Shown here: one piece after another, positions 1 to 10,184 of the stretch
How positions within the stretch are numbered: position 1 is the first letter of the stretch
How the letters are laid out: every line of letters begins with the position of its first letter
NCBI RefSeq assembly: GCF_006345805.1
Contig: NW_021836500.1
Span: 1-23,911, forward strand
Reading direction: 5' to 3'
Source of the DNA: Octopus sinensis
Taxonomy: Eukaryota
Length of the DNA stretch: 23,911 nt
The notes under the pieces: generated by a model
The model's database searches: none
Told to the model about the DNA's origin: nothing
The model's input: the letters and a program-made list of their open reading frames with translations, nothing else
Made by a program: the position numbers and the translations under genes

Positions 1-146
1 AGCATTTAGATTTTTTCTCATTATTCTAAAATATCAATTATAAATTTTAAAATATTATTTTTATTTATGAATCGGTTTTAAAGCTCATTCTGCTTTGGCA
101 TCGATTTTTATTTTTGTTATCGAATATATTTAATCCCAAATACAAG

Positions 147-159
147 CCTGGGTATTTGT
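147..159 (+). repeat. Left target-site duplication of the LINE (CCTGGGTATTTGT)
   Basis: Exact copy at 4142-4154, directly after the CTTC tail. Confidence 0.9.
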
Positions 160-164
160 AATTG

Positions 165-196
165 GCCGAAAAAAAAAAAAAATTTTTTTTTTCGGC
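165..196. repeat. Inverted repeat GCCG-A14-T10-CGGC at the LINE 5' end
   Basis: Read directly from the sequence, 5 nt inside the left TSD. Confidence 0.85.
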
Positions 197-254
197 ATGA
201 CACGTTTCGTTTCTCGTGGTGCAAAAATAAAACTATCAAAACTCAAAATCTTCT

Positions 255-1360
255 GTGTCTCAAGAGCTTGAACGCAAAGATGAAATCCGTATCAAGATGA
301 GGAGGGGTCACACTCCTCTCAATCTCTTTGAACAATCCAACTGTACTGAGTCTCTTGTCCTCTTCGCGTCTGATAAAAAATTATGCGATTGGACGAATAA
401 AGTCTTTAATATTCTAACCAAATCCGAGACTGCACAGAAGGCCCGAATTACTGCCAGGAAGTCTGGGGACTTTACCCTCGAATTCTCAAATTCTAGTGAT
501 AGGGACTCGTTTGTGAATGACTTCGAGTATAACAAACCATTTGGCCAGGACGGCCATTATATTTCTGCGTGCAGTCTGCAACCATCGACCGTAGTCTTGA
601 AGGGAATACCATCTTGGGTCTCCGAGGAAGACCTGGATCTTTACCTCAAAGAAATTCTCAACCCCGGTTTTACTTTCCAACGGTTCTACAAAAATGGACG
701 GAGTATACCTGTTGGAAAGTTGAGTCTGAATTCGAGGGCAGAAGCCACTTCGCTTGTAAGGATGGGAATCGAAGTGGGATTTCAAAAAATACGATGCGAA
801 TGGTTTAAAAACCCAGCAACTAGATGCTTTCGCTGCCAACAATTTGGTCACATTGCTAACTTCTGCAAAGAAGTGGAAAGATGTCTTTTCTGTGGTGGTG
901 ATCATAATATGAAAATGTGCCCGATTAAAGGAAAAACTGAGAAAAAATTTATAACTGCGGTCTGAGTGGGCATTTGGCTTGCTACGGTGGCTGCTCTTCA
1001 GCTAAGGCAGCCACTGAACAACTAAAAAAGCAGCTCAGTGCCAGGGACAGACTGGCCAAAGCAGAACACTCAAAAACTGTATGGTCAAAAGCGGAGGCCG
1101 TTGAATCTGTATGGCGAAAACCCACAATTTCCCGCTGTTTTGACTCCTCAACCGCAAACAGATGTTAGTGAAGACGCAACTTTGCCTCCCAATACACACA
1201 CACAGAGCCTCCAACCCGCTTTAAGAGGAAAGCACCAACTATCGACGTTGAGCTTACCTCTATGATTCGCAAAATAATCGCTATATGCGATGAAAAAGGC
1301 CTCGATATCAACAATCTGTTGTCCCTTTCTCTTGGAAGGGAAAGGATTGATCAGGCGTGA
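255..1360 (+). pseudogene. LINE ORF1 (gag-like nucleic-acid-binding protein), frameshifted
   Basis: Knuckles CFRCQQFGHIANFC and CLFCGGDHNMKMC. A third knuckle (YNCGLSGHLACYGGC) lies in another frame after the A-run near 945. Further frameshifts follow; the last piece ends in TGA at 1358-1360, overlapping the ORF2 start. Confidence 0.85.
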
Positions 1361-3981
1361 GCCCCTTTCTGTCTATTATCGCTGTGAACGCACGTTCTCT
1401 AAAGAGAAGGCGTTCAGAGATTGAGGATATGTTATCCCATAACCCCGTGGACCTTTTGATCGTAAACGAAACAAAAATCAAAAAACATGATGATTACTAC
1501 TTGGATGGCTATCGTTCCCTTGATATTAAGTGGAAGCCGGGCTCGATCGCTGGAACAGGCACTTCTATCTACTACAAATCAACTCTAAGGGTGAAAAATC
1601 TAAAAATTGTGTCCGAGGAATTGTGTGAATTCCTCACAATCGACGTCCTTCTGGAAAAAGGGTGGGTAACAATCGGAGGGATGTACTCAAAATCCCTTTC
1701 CAATTATTCATCGCTTATCAAGGACTTTTTTGCCGATAAACACAATCATTTGTCAATACTCCTCGGGGATCTAAATGCCAAATGCACATCTTTTGGCTGT
1801 CTGAGAACCAACAGGGATGGCATCATTCTTAAGAAGCTTTCAGAATCTCTCAGTTTCTCGGTCATCACATCAAACCCCAAATCATCATTACTCACCAGGA
1901 GGGTGGGACTATTTGGGCGTAGCATTGGTCTCTATGTCTACTCTTCAATTTATGGAACAACCGTACACCTTAAATGATATTGGAAGTGACCATCTACCAA
2001 TTTTATACAAACTCAACCTTGGACCTTTAAAGGGTAAACCAACTTTTATACGATATAACCTCTCGACTATAAACTGGGAACACTACCGAAAATGTTTTAC
2101 ACTTTATCTGAGCAATTTCGCTCCTAAACTTGACGAAAATTCTTCATCTGAGGACCTCGAGAAGTCTAGCAATTCCCTTATTGGATACATAAAGTCTTAT
2201 CTGGAAACATATTCTACAAAATCGTCTCAAACAATAGGAAAACTCACATGCCAAACATGAATGTTGAAATCCTACTAAGGAAAAAACAATGTCTAAGGAA
2301 ACAAACTCCCGGCGCTGCGCAGATTTTCGTGACCGGTCCGTTTTGGAAAGTGAAATCTTCACCATTACGGAAGAAATAAGAAATCGGCGAAGGTGGCGAA
2401 GGATAAAAAATGAATACTGAGTGCAAAAAGCTACATAAAGGAAGTCCAAATTTTTGGAAGGTCTACTCGAAATTAACCTCGACGTCTGAGAAAACTATAC
2501 CTAAACTGCTAAAACAAGATGGATCCCCTGCATCTCATGAAGAAATCCCGAACATATTTGCTGATAGTCTCAAAAGAACAAGAAGTCAATCCGGATACAA
2601 ATCTATCTGATTCAGCTTTGTTTGATATGGAAAAAGAGTTGGAAGACAATCTTAGCTCATTACCAATGTGCTCGGAATCTATAACGTGCAAAGACGTGGA
2701 AAATGCAGTTAGATACTCCAAAAATAACGCTCCGGGAAAGGACAAGATAACCATGCGCATGTTCAAAGAAGCTCCCAAGCAACTTTACGAATATTGGGAT
2801 GTCTCTTCTCCCGCAGTGTGAGCTGGGATACGTCCCTTCTTCATGGAAACTGACGGAGGTAAGGATGATACGGAAGCCTGGAAAACCTGGTTACTTGGCG
2901 ACAAGTTATAGGCCTATAAGCCTAATTCCTACCATCAGTCGAATAATGGAAAGGGTAATGTTTGAACGACTCTCTGAACACGTCGAGAGAAATGGTTATC
3001 TCAAAGACGTGCAGTGGGGCTTTCGGAGGGGTCGTTCCTGTGCTGACTGTCTTTATACACTCAATTCGTCGATTGTAAAGGCTCTGGATTTCAAAGAGTG
3101 TCTGACAATTGTGTCTCTAGACATCTCAAAAGCCTTTGATATGGTTTGGCACCTCGGTCTCCTTAGACATCTGGCGAAGTGTCACATAGACAAAGGACTA
3201 TTCCTATGGCTAAAAGACTTCCTCCGCGACAGGCGCTCTGTGATAAGCTTTCTGAACTATGACTCGGATGAACTGAAACTTAAAAGAGGCGTCCCTCAAG
3301 GATCAGTCCTCAGTCCTCTATTATTCAACATTGTGATGAGCAATCTGCCGTCTCCTGTCAACACACGGACGGAAATTTTGATATACGCCGATGATGTTGT
3401 AATCCTTGACATTTCATCGAAACCTGCCTTATCCGAACAAAGGATTATATCATTATGAATACAGTGGAGCAATGGTGCGATGAAAATATGTTCATTATTG
3501 CGCGTGAGAAGTCCGCATTACTGAGAATCACAGAAAGCAGAAATTTAATAAATTAACCGTGCCTGATCAAGAACATACCTCGACAAAACTCAATTAAATA
3601 TCTTGGCTTGTTCATCGATGAAAAGGGAAACTATCTCGAAAACGCAAAATTAAGTAAAAGGAAAGCAACTAATGCTCTGTTCTGCCTGAGGAAGTTAAAT
3701 TTGGAGCCTGATACTTTCCTCTACGTTTTCAATACGGTGATCCTACCGGGACTACTATACGGAAAAGAGGGATGGTACTTCTCTAAAAAGAAGGACACCA
3801 TCTTAACTAATTTGAAAAGTCTCGCAGGCTCGCTTTGAAGCTTGCTTACCACCAAAAAGTTGAAGATCCAATCCCCCTGTGGCTTGAAAGTAAATCCTCC
3901 ATGGTCGGTGAAACTGTCAAAAAAGCTATAAGTGGTTATAAATCCAACTCAATTGTCACTGGGACGTACCTGCAGAGGTAG
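1357..3981 (+). pseudogene. LINE ORF2 (APE endonuclease + reverse transcriptase), multiply frameshifted
   Basis: APE motifs AVNARSL, LIVNETK, LGDLNAK, GSDHLP. RT motifs YRPISL, QWGFRRGRS, LDISKAFD, GVPQGSVLSPLLF, YADD. Motifs are spread over several reading frames. Confidence 0.92.
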
Positions 3982-3985
3982 AAAG

Positions 3986-4016
<31 letters not shown>
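3986..4016 (+). repeat. Internal poly(A)31 tract in the LINE 3' UTR
   Basis: A-run just after the putative ORF2 stop, about 125 nt upstream of the TSD-defined end. Confidence 0.9.
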
Positions 4017-4019
<3 letters not shown>

Positions 4020-4141
4020 ACTTGAGGGGTCTCTTTTTTTTTCTGGGAAGAAGTCGATAGGGTAGTCCTATTGTTTCATTATACAAACTCCCCCCTAACC
4101 TTTACCCTTCTCTGTTTCCAATAAAACTTCCTTCCTTCCTT

Positions 4142-4154
4142 CCTGGGTATTTGT
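4142..4154 (+). repeat. Right target-site duplication of the LINE
   Basis: Identical to 147-159; its first C overlaps the last CTTC unit. Confidence 0.9.
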
Positions 4155-4205
4155 CAATTTATAGATTTTTTGATTGATCGGATCTAGAAATTGAGTGGCG
4201 GTCGC

Positions 4206-4287
4206 GCTCGCTGCGCTCGGTCGCTCGCTGCGCTCGGTCGCTCGCTGCGCTCGGTCGCTCGCTGCGCTCGGTCGCTCGCTGCGCTCG
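4206..4287. repeat. GC-rich 17-bp tandem repeat (GCTCGCTGCGCTCGGTC) x4.8
   Basis: Four perfect units plus 14 bp, bracketed by the inverted hexamer GTCGCG (4201-4206) / CGCGAC (4286-4291). Confidence 0.95.
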
Positions 4288-4299
4288 CGACATAATAGA

Positions 4300-4590
4300 A
4301 TTAGGTTTATCTCCAAACATCATCTGCATAACTGCCACACGATCAGAACCCGCTATGTTCTAGTCATCAAATTGTATAATGACGGTGTACTGCAAACCTC
4401 AGACTATGTGTCGACAAGTGCATGGTAGGTATAATATAAAAATTACCGGCAAGTGTGATGTTTTTCTCAGTCGTCTTCGTCTCTTGGAAAAGGCAGACAC
4501 TGACATGGTGATTCCAGAGATCCCGTGCAAGTTGGTGCTGCTTGTAAATGAATTTCAGTCATCTTGTGTTATAAGCTCCAAAGTGAAAAC
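4300..4590 (-). mobile_element. Degenerate APE endonuclease N-terminus of an RTE-like LINE
   Basis: Minus-strand translation FGAYNTR*LKFIYKQHQLARDL...VSVCLFQETK...LRFAVH, then SDRVAVMQ after a frameshift. Resembles the RTE-type APE N-terminus. Confidence 0.65.
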
Positions 4591-4655
4591 GTGGGGGACG
4601 TCGCGAAAGTTGTAAAACCGCGAAAAAGACATATCCGTAACAGACAGAGGCATTC

Positions 4656-4872
4656 CGAGGAAGACCAAAGACAACACTTTTATCGGTGCTAAATCAGGAT
4701 CTCAAAATTATTGGGAGGAAACTCGAAACTGCTGATGACCTCGACAACCTGAGAGAATTGGAAAAGAGGAGAGGCACCTGGAGAAGTTTGTGGGACAGTA
4801 TTGTTCTTCACGCGACACAAGGGAAGCTTATTAGTTTAATGACTTCTCGGGAGTGCTTTTAATAATAATAAT
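4656..4872 (+). mobile_element. 3' end of an RTE-like LINE with (TAA)n tail
   Basis: RGRPKTTLLSVLNQDLK...DLDNLREL...WRSL resembles the RTE C-terminus; ends in TAATAATAATAAT at 4860-4872. Confidence 0.72.
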
Positions 4873-4974
4873 CAGCATGGCAATTGTCAATTCTTTCTTC
4901 TCGCCTTTTCGTTCTTTCAGGCTTATGACTTGCACTGTCTGAAGTGTCAGCTAGGACAGCATGTTGTTATGTAG

Positions 4975-5890
4975 ACCTGTCAGGACGTTTTCCGTCTACA
5001 CGGTCTAGCCTACTGGCTCCAGTACTGAAGGGAATTCAATAAAAGTCAAAATCAAATGGATTATAAACCATAATGACTCTTATTTAAAATCATAAAAAAG
5101 AAAATCAACTTTCAAATCGATTGGGCCGGGAGTCGGTAAATACTTTTTGCGAAGAGTGAATTTTAGACATTTTTGGAAACTCCGATAAATTGAAGATACA
5201 TCTTGTACCATTTGTCCAAATCAAAAATTCTATAATAATTATGAATTCATTATTATAGAGAGTTTAATAACAGACAAGGCTGAAGTTGTCTATAAAAAAC
5301 ATCTTCGATCTTTATTTTGCATTGCATTACCATTTTTATTGCAGTAAGTAAATTTCGTATGTGCACACTACAATGTGGTTGAAAGGATCCTAGTTTTATG
5401 TGAGCAATTAAGCTAAAAACATCATGTGCACGTATAAAGATATTATTTTTGTCGAAAGTGATGAGATTGGCTGAGAAGAGTATGTGACAAATAGCATCCG
5501 GTAGATTTCCTTGGAGTGGTTGAATTATCAGACAAATAATTGATTTGAACAACGTTTACCGGGCCTATCCACGGTGTGGGAAATTAGATCCTCGGTCATC
5601 CATTGGAGTCTGAGCAGTATTTCCGAGCCATGAAGGAGTGGATGTTTTTCTTTATTCGGGTGGTTAAAGATGTTTCGATCAGATTTCATAGAGGCATCGA
5701 GAGCCAAGGGATAAATCTCAGAAGACGGATCCAGTCCTGTTTAGACAAGGTCACAGCGTCGATACATGTTGATAGAGCATCGGCCGAAGTAGCTCGTCCA
5801 GCCTTGGAGATCTTACATATGTAGCGAGATTTGCGCCTATCCATATGAGCTTCAGCATGGAAATAGGGTCGGACGGCACCCGGTTGCAAA
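4975..5890 (-). mobile_element. Heavily deleted CRE-like (RLE) non-LTR retrotransposon relic
   Basis: N-terminal KAGRATSADAL...WIRLLRF (about 5700-5850), RT-region LQGNLPDAICHILFSANLITF (about 5430-5520), and RLE-region FPSVLEPVG/LDRVDGKRPD (4975-5037). Confidence 0.65.
5127..5185 (-). mobile_element. Solo hAT right end, related to the 17366-19390 element
   Basis: Reverse complement ...TTTCCAAAAATGTCTAAAATTCACTCTTCGCAAAAAGTATTTACCGACTCCCG aligns to 19338-19390. Confidence 0.65.
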
Positions 5891-5919
5891 TGTTACAAAA
5901 GTTCACACATAAAGCACCA

Positions 5920-6600
5920 ATTCGCGTAGCCCTTCATAGTGTAATTATAATTCACATATTCTTGATAATATTGACATAACGTCCAAAACAACTTTTTTAT
6001 TCACTAGTGATGAAATCCAACCTTTTACACTCTTGTTAACTTAAAATTTATACAGAAAACACCTTTCTATTTTTCCCTGTACCAAGGGCCTTGTGGTCCT
6101 GCAAATATGTGTCAAAAATTATACTTCCGTATATTTTCCATTTTGGATTTCTTAAATTCTTTTCCGTTCGATGATAGGTGGTCCAAAAAAATAAATAATC
6201 CGTTTTAAGCTAGAAGCCACTTCATCTGCAGATTTCGTTCTAATAACCTCAACCACGGCATATTTTGAAAAAGAATTTATCACATGTAATACCTAACTAC
6301 TTATTAATATTATAAAACCCATGAATATGAGTCGTTTGTCTTCGAATAACGTCGTAAATTGACTAAGTCTGCAATATATCGACACGTGGTGTGATCTCTG
6401 CTTTGGTGTTCACTGATCATTAACGAGAATGTAAGAAATTTCATTCTTAAAGACAATTGACCTGGCTATTCTGTCAAGCCGCATTCGCTAGGACTTGCTA
6501 TTGCTATCGAAAACACTCAAATCCTCTTCATTTAACTTTTATTCTTTGATAATTTCCAATTCTTCCTGAGATAGTGTTCTAAATTTAATTATTTTATCAG
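5920..6600 (-). mobile_element. Ginger2/KRBA2-like DDE integrase relic with a 26-nt intron (6293-6318)
   Basis: RYIADLVNLRRYSKTNDSYSW|VLHVINSFSKYA...KSADEV...FFGPP, then VQGKIER after a frameshift. Removing the GT..AG segment restores the integrase core motif. Confidence 0.75.
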
Positions 6601-7188
6601 TTTTAATAGAAATTTATACATAAATAAACGACTTTTTCCTGAAAATTATTTCTTTTTATTTTTTTAATTTGACTAATCTATTTTGTTTGTTTTTATCAAC
6701 AAAACAAGAAACAAAGGTAATCAGGTACAAGCCGTATAAAGAATTGAGAAACTGTTTCTTTTAAGAACAGCTGCTGAGAAACCCTGTTAAGACCACAGGT
6801 CTTCAGCTGGCACAGAAGCTAAGTACCTCGAGCAGACGTTTTACAATGCTATTGAGCTTCACTTGCCTGGGGATCCTCCCAAGGCTTTTAAGTCTATTGA
6901 CTTTTATTGATTTCTTATCTGTGGCTTTTTTTTGGCCTGGGAGTTTTAAAAATGAAATTAGATCTGAATTATAAAAAATAGAATTTTAGCCATCTGATGG
7001 GGAATTTCCAAGCAGGCGTTTCACGATGCGACTAATCTCCACGTTCATAAGGAATCTTCCAGGGATTTTCCGTCTATCTTTTTATATTTTTTAGAGAGCT
7101 TTTTGTACAATTACCCAACTGGTTTTGAAATTATCCCAGGGACAAAGCAATAAGTGTCCACCAAAGAAGTAGATTTTGCGATTTTCGT

Positions 7189-7245
7189 TCCAGTCGGTAA
7201 ATACTTTTGGCAAAAAGCCAATTTTTCACATTCTTGAAATTCAGA
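7189..7245 (-). mobile_element. Second solo hAT right end
   Basis: CAGTCGGTAAATACTTTTGGCAAAAAGCCAATTTTTCACATTCTTGAAATT aligns to the reverse complement of 19338-19388. Confidence 0.6.
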
Positions 7246-7589
7246 CAAATTGAGGAGCCATCCTCTTCTTAGTAGCATCAACATGAGAGATCCAAGTGGA
7301 TTCAGAGCCGTCGACATAACTGATGATAACTACCAATAAGTGGAGGTTTGTTGGCATCTTTCTAACTCCATCAATAGGAGTAATCACGAAATTTTCCGTA
7401 AATTTCGTACACCCCGACAGAAAAATTTCCTGCTTCCTCGAGACTCGTACTGTTATTTTCTGCAGGGGCGCCCATATGATTAACCTTCCATAAAAAGCAA
7501 AATTTACAACTAAAATTTAATAATATTTAAGAATTCATTAAAAAATAAAATTGATTTGTCTCATTACCAAATATTTTATAACAATAAGC

Positions 7590-8508
7590 AGGGTGGCATT
7601 ATAACGCGACCCCGCTAAAATTAATTAAACACAAATTTATTAAAAAACTCCATAATCGTTGACTGTCTATAACTATTTCATCCATTGAAAAACATATACG
7701 TTGACATCCATCTCATCATTAATATTCAATGTTGAATCAGTTGACTCAATTGATTTTGATCAACAATTTTTTCTCGAATTTTTAGCCGTAGTTTTCGGTA
7801 ATGTGCCTTAAAACTATGTATCATTCCGGAATCCAATGGTTGTAAGTGACTTGTTGTTAGAGGCAAAAAGTGCACTTCAATATTCGATAACGTCGGAATA
7901 ATGTGACATGGACAGTCGTCCATAATTAGAAGTATTTTTCCCCCACATCTCATTTGATTATCCAACCCATTTATCTAATCTTGAAATATCATTGATGTCA
8001 TTTATGATTTAGTATTAAATCTGTAATCCGAATATAAATGATAATTGAAGCCTTTGAAACAAAGCGGATTATTAGATTTCCAATCACAAGTGGACAGAGT
8101 TCTTTGCTCCCATCTGAATTACAACAGAAAACAATTGTAATTCTTTCTTTATATTTTTTAACATTTTCAAAATATGGTTGGTTTATTAAAATTATCTTTA
8201 GTTTTATCCGGAGTTGTTAATGATTTTGACGGAATCATTTTATAGCAAAGACAAGTCTTATCTAAAAAAATATCATTTCCATTATATTTGGCACAAATTT
8301 AGTTTGATTTTTCAATCCTTTATAAACTGTCTCAGGATCCACTTAAAAATAATAATTTAAAAACTTTAATGGCGTTATATCGGATAAGGCACATAATTTG
8401 GCGTGGCAATAACTGAGTGGCGGGGTTTGGCATTATAAAGAGAAATTTAAAGAACCAAAAAACGGGGCAATAAGCGGGGTTGCATTATAAGATAGAGGGG
8501 TTTAAGTG
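7590..8508 (-). mobile_element. pogo/Tigger-like transposon relic (DDE_1 fragment plus one terminus)
   Basis: KILLIMDDCPCH...IEVHFLP.TTSHLQPLDSGMIHSFKAHY at 7726-7965. GC-rich subterminal repeats and a TA-flanked end near 8508. Confidence 0.75.
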
Positions 8509-8748
8509 TATTAGAATAACAAAAAAGACATTAGAAAGCATGCGTCCGGAATACAAAATCTCAGCTACTGCGGCAAATAAGTATTTTAATGGATGCCAAT
8601 ACTTATTGTCGTACGTGCCATCCAGATATTATCTTCTCTAGGATCTCAGGAAGGCCTTTGAGAAACAATTCTTAGGCGTCCGAGAGCTGCTTTCGCCATC
8701 TTAAGCCATGTGCTAGGTAGTAGGATTTGTTAGTAAATCACTAAAAAC

Positions 8749-8823
8749 GCCTCGGTGGTGTGTAGCGGTTATCACGCTCGCCTAACACGCGAGAGGGTCT
8801 GGGTTCAACTCCCAGTCGAGGTA
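8749..8823 (+). tRNA. tRNA-Val (AAC)
   Basis: Acceptor stem GCCTCGG/TCGAGGT. D-stem GTG/CAC. Anticodon stem CTCGC/GCGAG with loop CT-AAC-AC. T-arm CTGGG-TTCAACT-CCCAG. A downstream T-run would serve as Pol III terminator. Confidence 0.92.
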
Positions 8824-9199
8824 ATTTGATTTTATTTTTTTCAAATTTATTTTTAATAGATACAAATTAGACTTATCTTTTGTCATTTAAAATATTTTTA
8901 AACCACCTTTTTACAATTTAAATAAATTTTAGCATTTAAAACCATTGAAGAAATTAAAATAGTAAATTTCCCCGGAAATTAATTTTCTCTATTCACTACA
9001 GGACCAACCTTGTGATAGAAATTACAATTTATTTATTTTACTAGTTAGGAAGACAGGAAAAACTAGCCATTATTGACGACGGGAAATTTTAAAAAGAATC
9101 AGGCACCGGAGTGTCTCTACTGAGCAGCATATTTCCCTGATGGACACTTTAGATATCCGACGTCCACTACAAAAACAACCGCGCCTTCTCCAGGATTCA

Positions 9200-9450
9200 T
9201 ATGAGTTATCTAATTTTTCTTTGAGATCGAGACCGTAGGCCAACTTAATGGCGTAACGCCTCTTTTTCTCAAGTTTGTTGATTAGACAAACCCTCTCACC
9301 TGTATCATACCAGCCCTCAAACCCGTAGGTGAAAATCGGTTGTACACATGTCCTGTATATGTAGATGTGTATGTTCTGGACTCAGATGAAATTGATCAAG
9401 CTTCGTAGGATTTTAACGGCTCTCTTTCTTTGGGTATTAGAAAATGAAAC
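9200..9450 (-). mobile_element. Degenerate LINE ORF2 C-terminal fragment
   Basis: IYRTCVQPIFTYGFEGWY...KLE...YAIKLAYG, similar in style to 3700-3860 of the full-length LINE (VILPGLLYGKEGWY). Confidence 0.7.
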
Positions 9451-9810
9451 GATGGCTTATATTTAGTTAGTCGTGCAGCAGAATGCTCTGGGGAGGAATA
9501 AAAGTCGACAAAAACCATCCATTTCTACGCAAAAACAAACTTTAAAGAGCTACAACTAGAGAATAATTTTGATCTTCCTTGAGGATTAATAACTGAATAC
9601 AAGTGCATATTCTTTCTGTTTTAGATGGTCCTAAGAGAAGAAGACTAGCCAGAAAATCGACAGATAAATCTTAAAAATGTATTAGTTATTCAAAACAATA
9701 ATCTAAAATAATTCTTGTGAGTTTTTCTTAATAAGACAAGTGATGTCATCCGTCTATATTATTAAAAGAGTAATATGATTGTTCATACACATATAGCAAA
9801 GTCCATGGCA

Positions 9811-9945
9811 TTCGTGTGATGGGATGGACTGGTCACCAAATACCACATGCGGTACTTAAGACAGTTGGGTGTAGATAAGTCTCTACAGGCTTATATACAG
9901 TCAATGTTCTTAAGAGGACTCTGGAGAATGTCTCGTTTGGTGCTT
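9811..9945 (+). mobile_element. R4/Dong-like RLE retrotransposon 3' fragment
   Basis: WDGLVTKYHMRYLRQLGVDKSLQAYIQS, matching the TWDGxVT...YIQS motif. Confidence 0.7.
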
Positions 9946-10184
9946 CCCGATCCAGCCTTTCTTGACCAGAGAAAAGGAGGAAGAAGGGGAGGAGGTGCGT
10001 GGAGTGCCATCCTCTGCTCACTTTGAAGGCTCTGGATTTTGAAAAATTACTTAGTTAATTAGTTTCCTTTTATTAATAAAGTTCTCAAACACTTGTATTC
10101 TATTAATAAATATAAGAACCCTCTAAACATAGAAAATAGGCGAAATATCAAATTTAGAAGTACAGAATCTAGTAAACAAATTCA

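Larger units (their letters stand above)
160..4141 (+). mobile_element. Full-length non-LTR retrotransposon (APE-RT LINE, Jockey/I-group architecture)
   Basis: ORF1 with CCHC knuckles followed by APE+RT ORF2. AATAAA at 4120-4125, then a (CTTC)4 tail. Flanked by an identical 13-bp TSD, CCTGGGTATTTGT, at 147-159 and 4142-4154. No RNase H recognised; clade is inferred. Confidence 0.93.

Noticed and set aside
135-158. Small hairpin CAAATAC-N8-GTATTTG overlapping the LINE target site
   Set aside because: A 7-bp AT-rich stem is likely by chance; a single site cannot show target preference.
308-905. Antisense ORFs overlapping LINE ORF1
   Set aside because: Shadow frames of the coding strand with no motifs.
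4206-4287. Possible CRISPR array
   Set aside because: The units are directly adjacent with no spacers, and the context is eukaryotic.
4095-4428. ORFs with RSERPSAA / ALGRSL repeats
   Set aside because: They are translations of the 17-bp tandem repeat; no other coding signal.
8515-8560. KKTLES-like peptide suggesting another R4-like fragment
   Set aside because: Too short to support.
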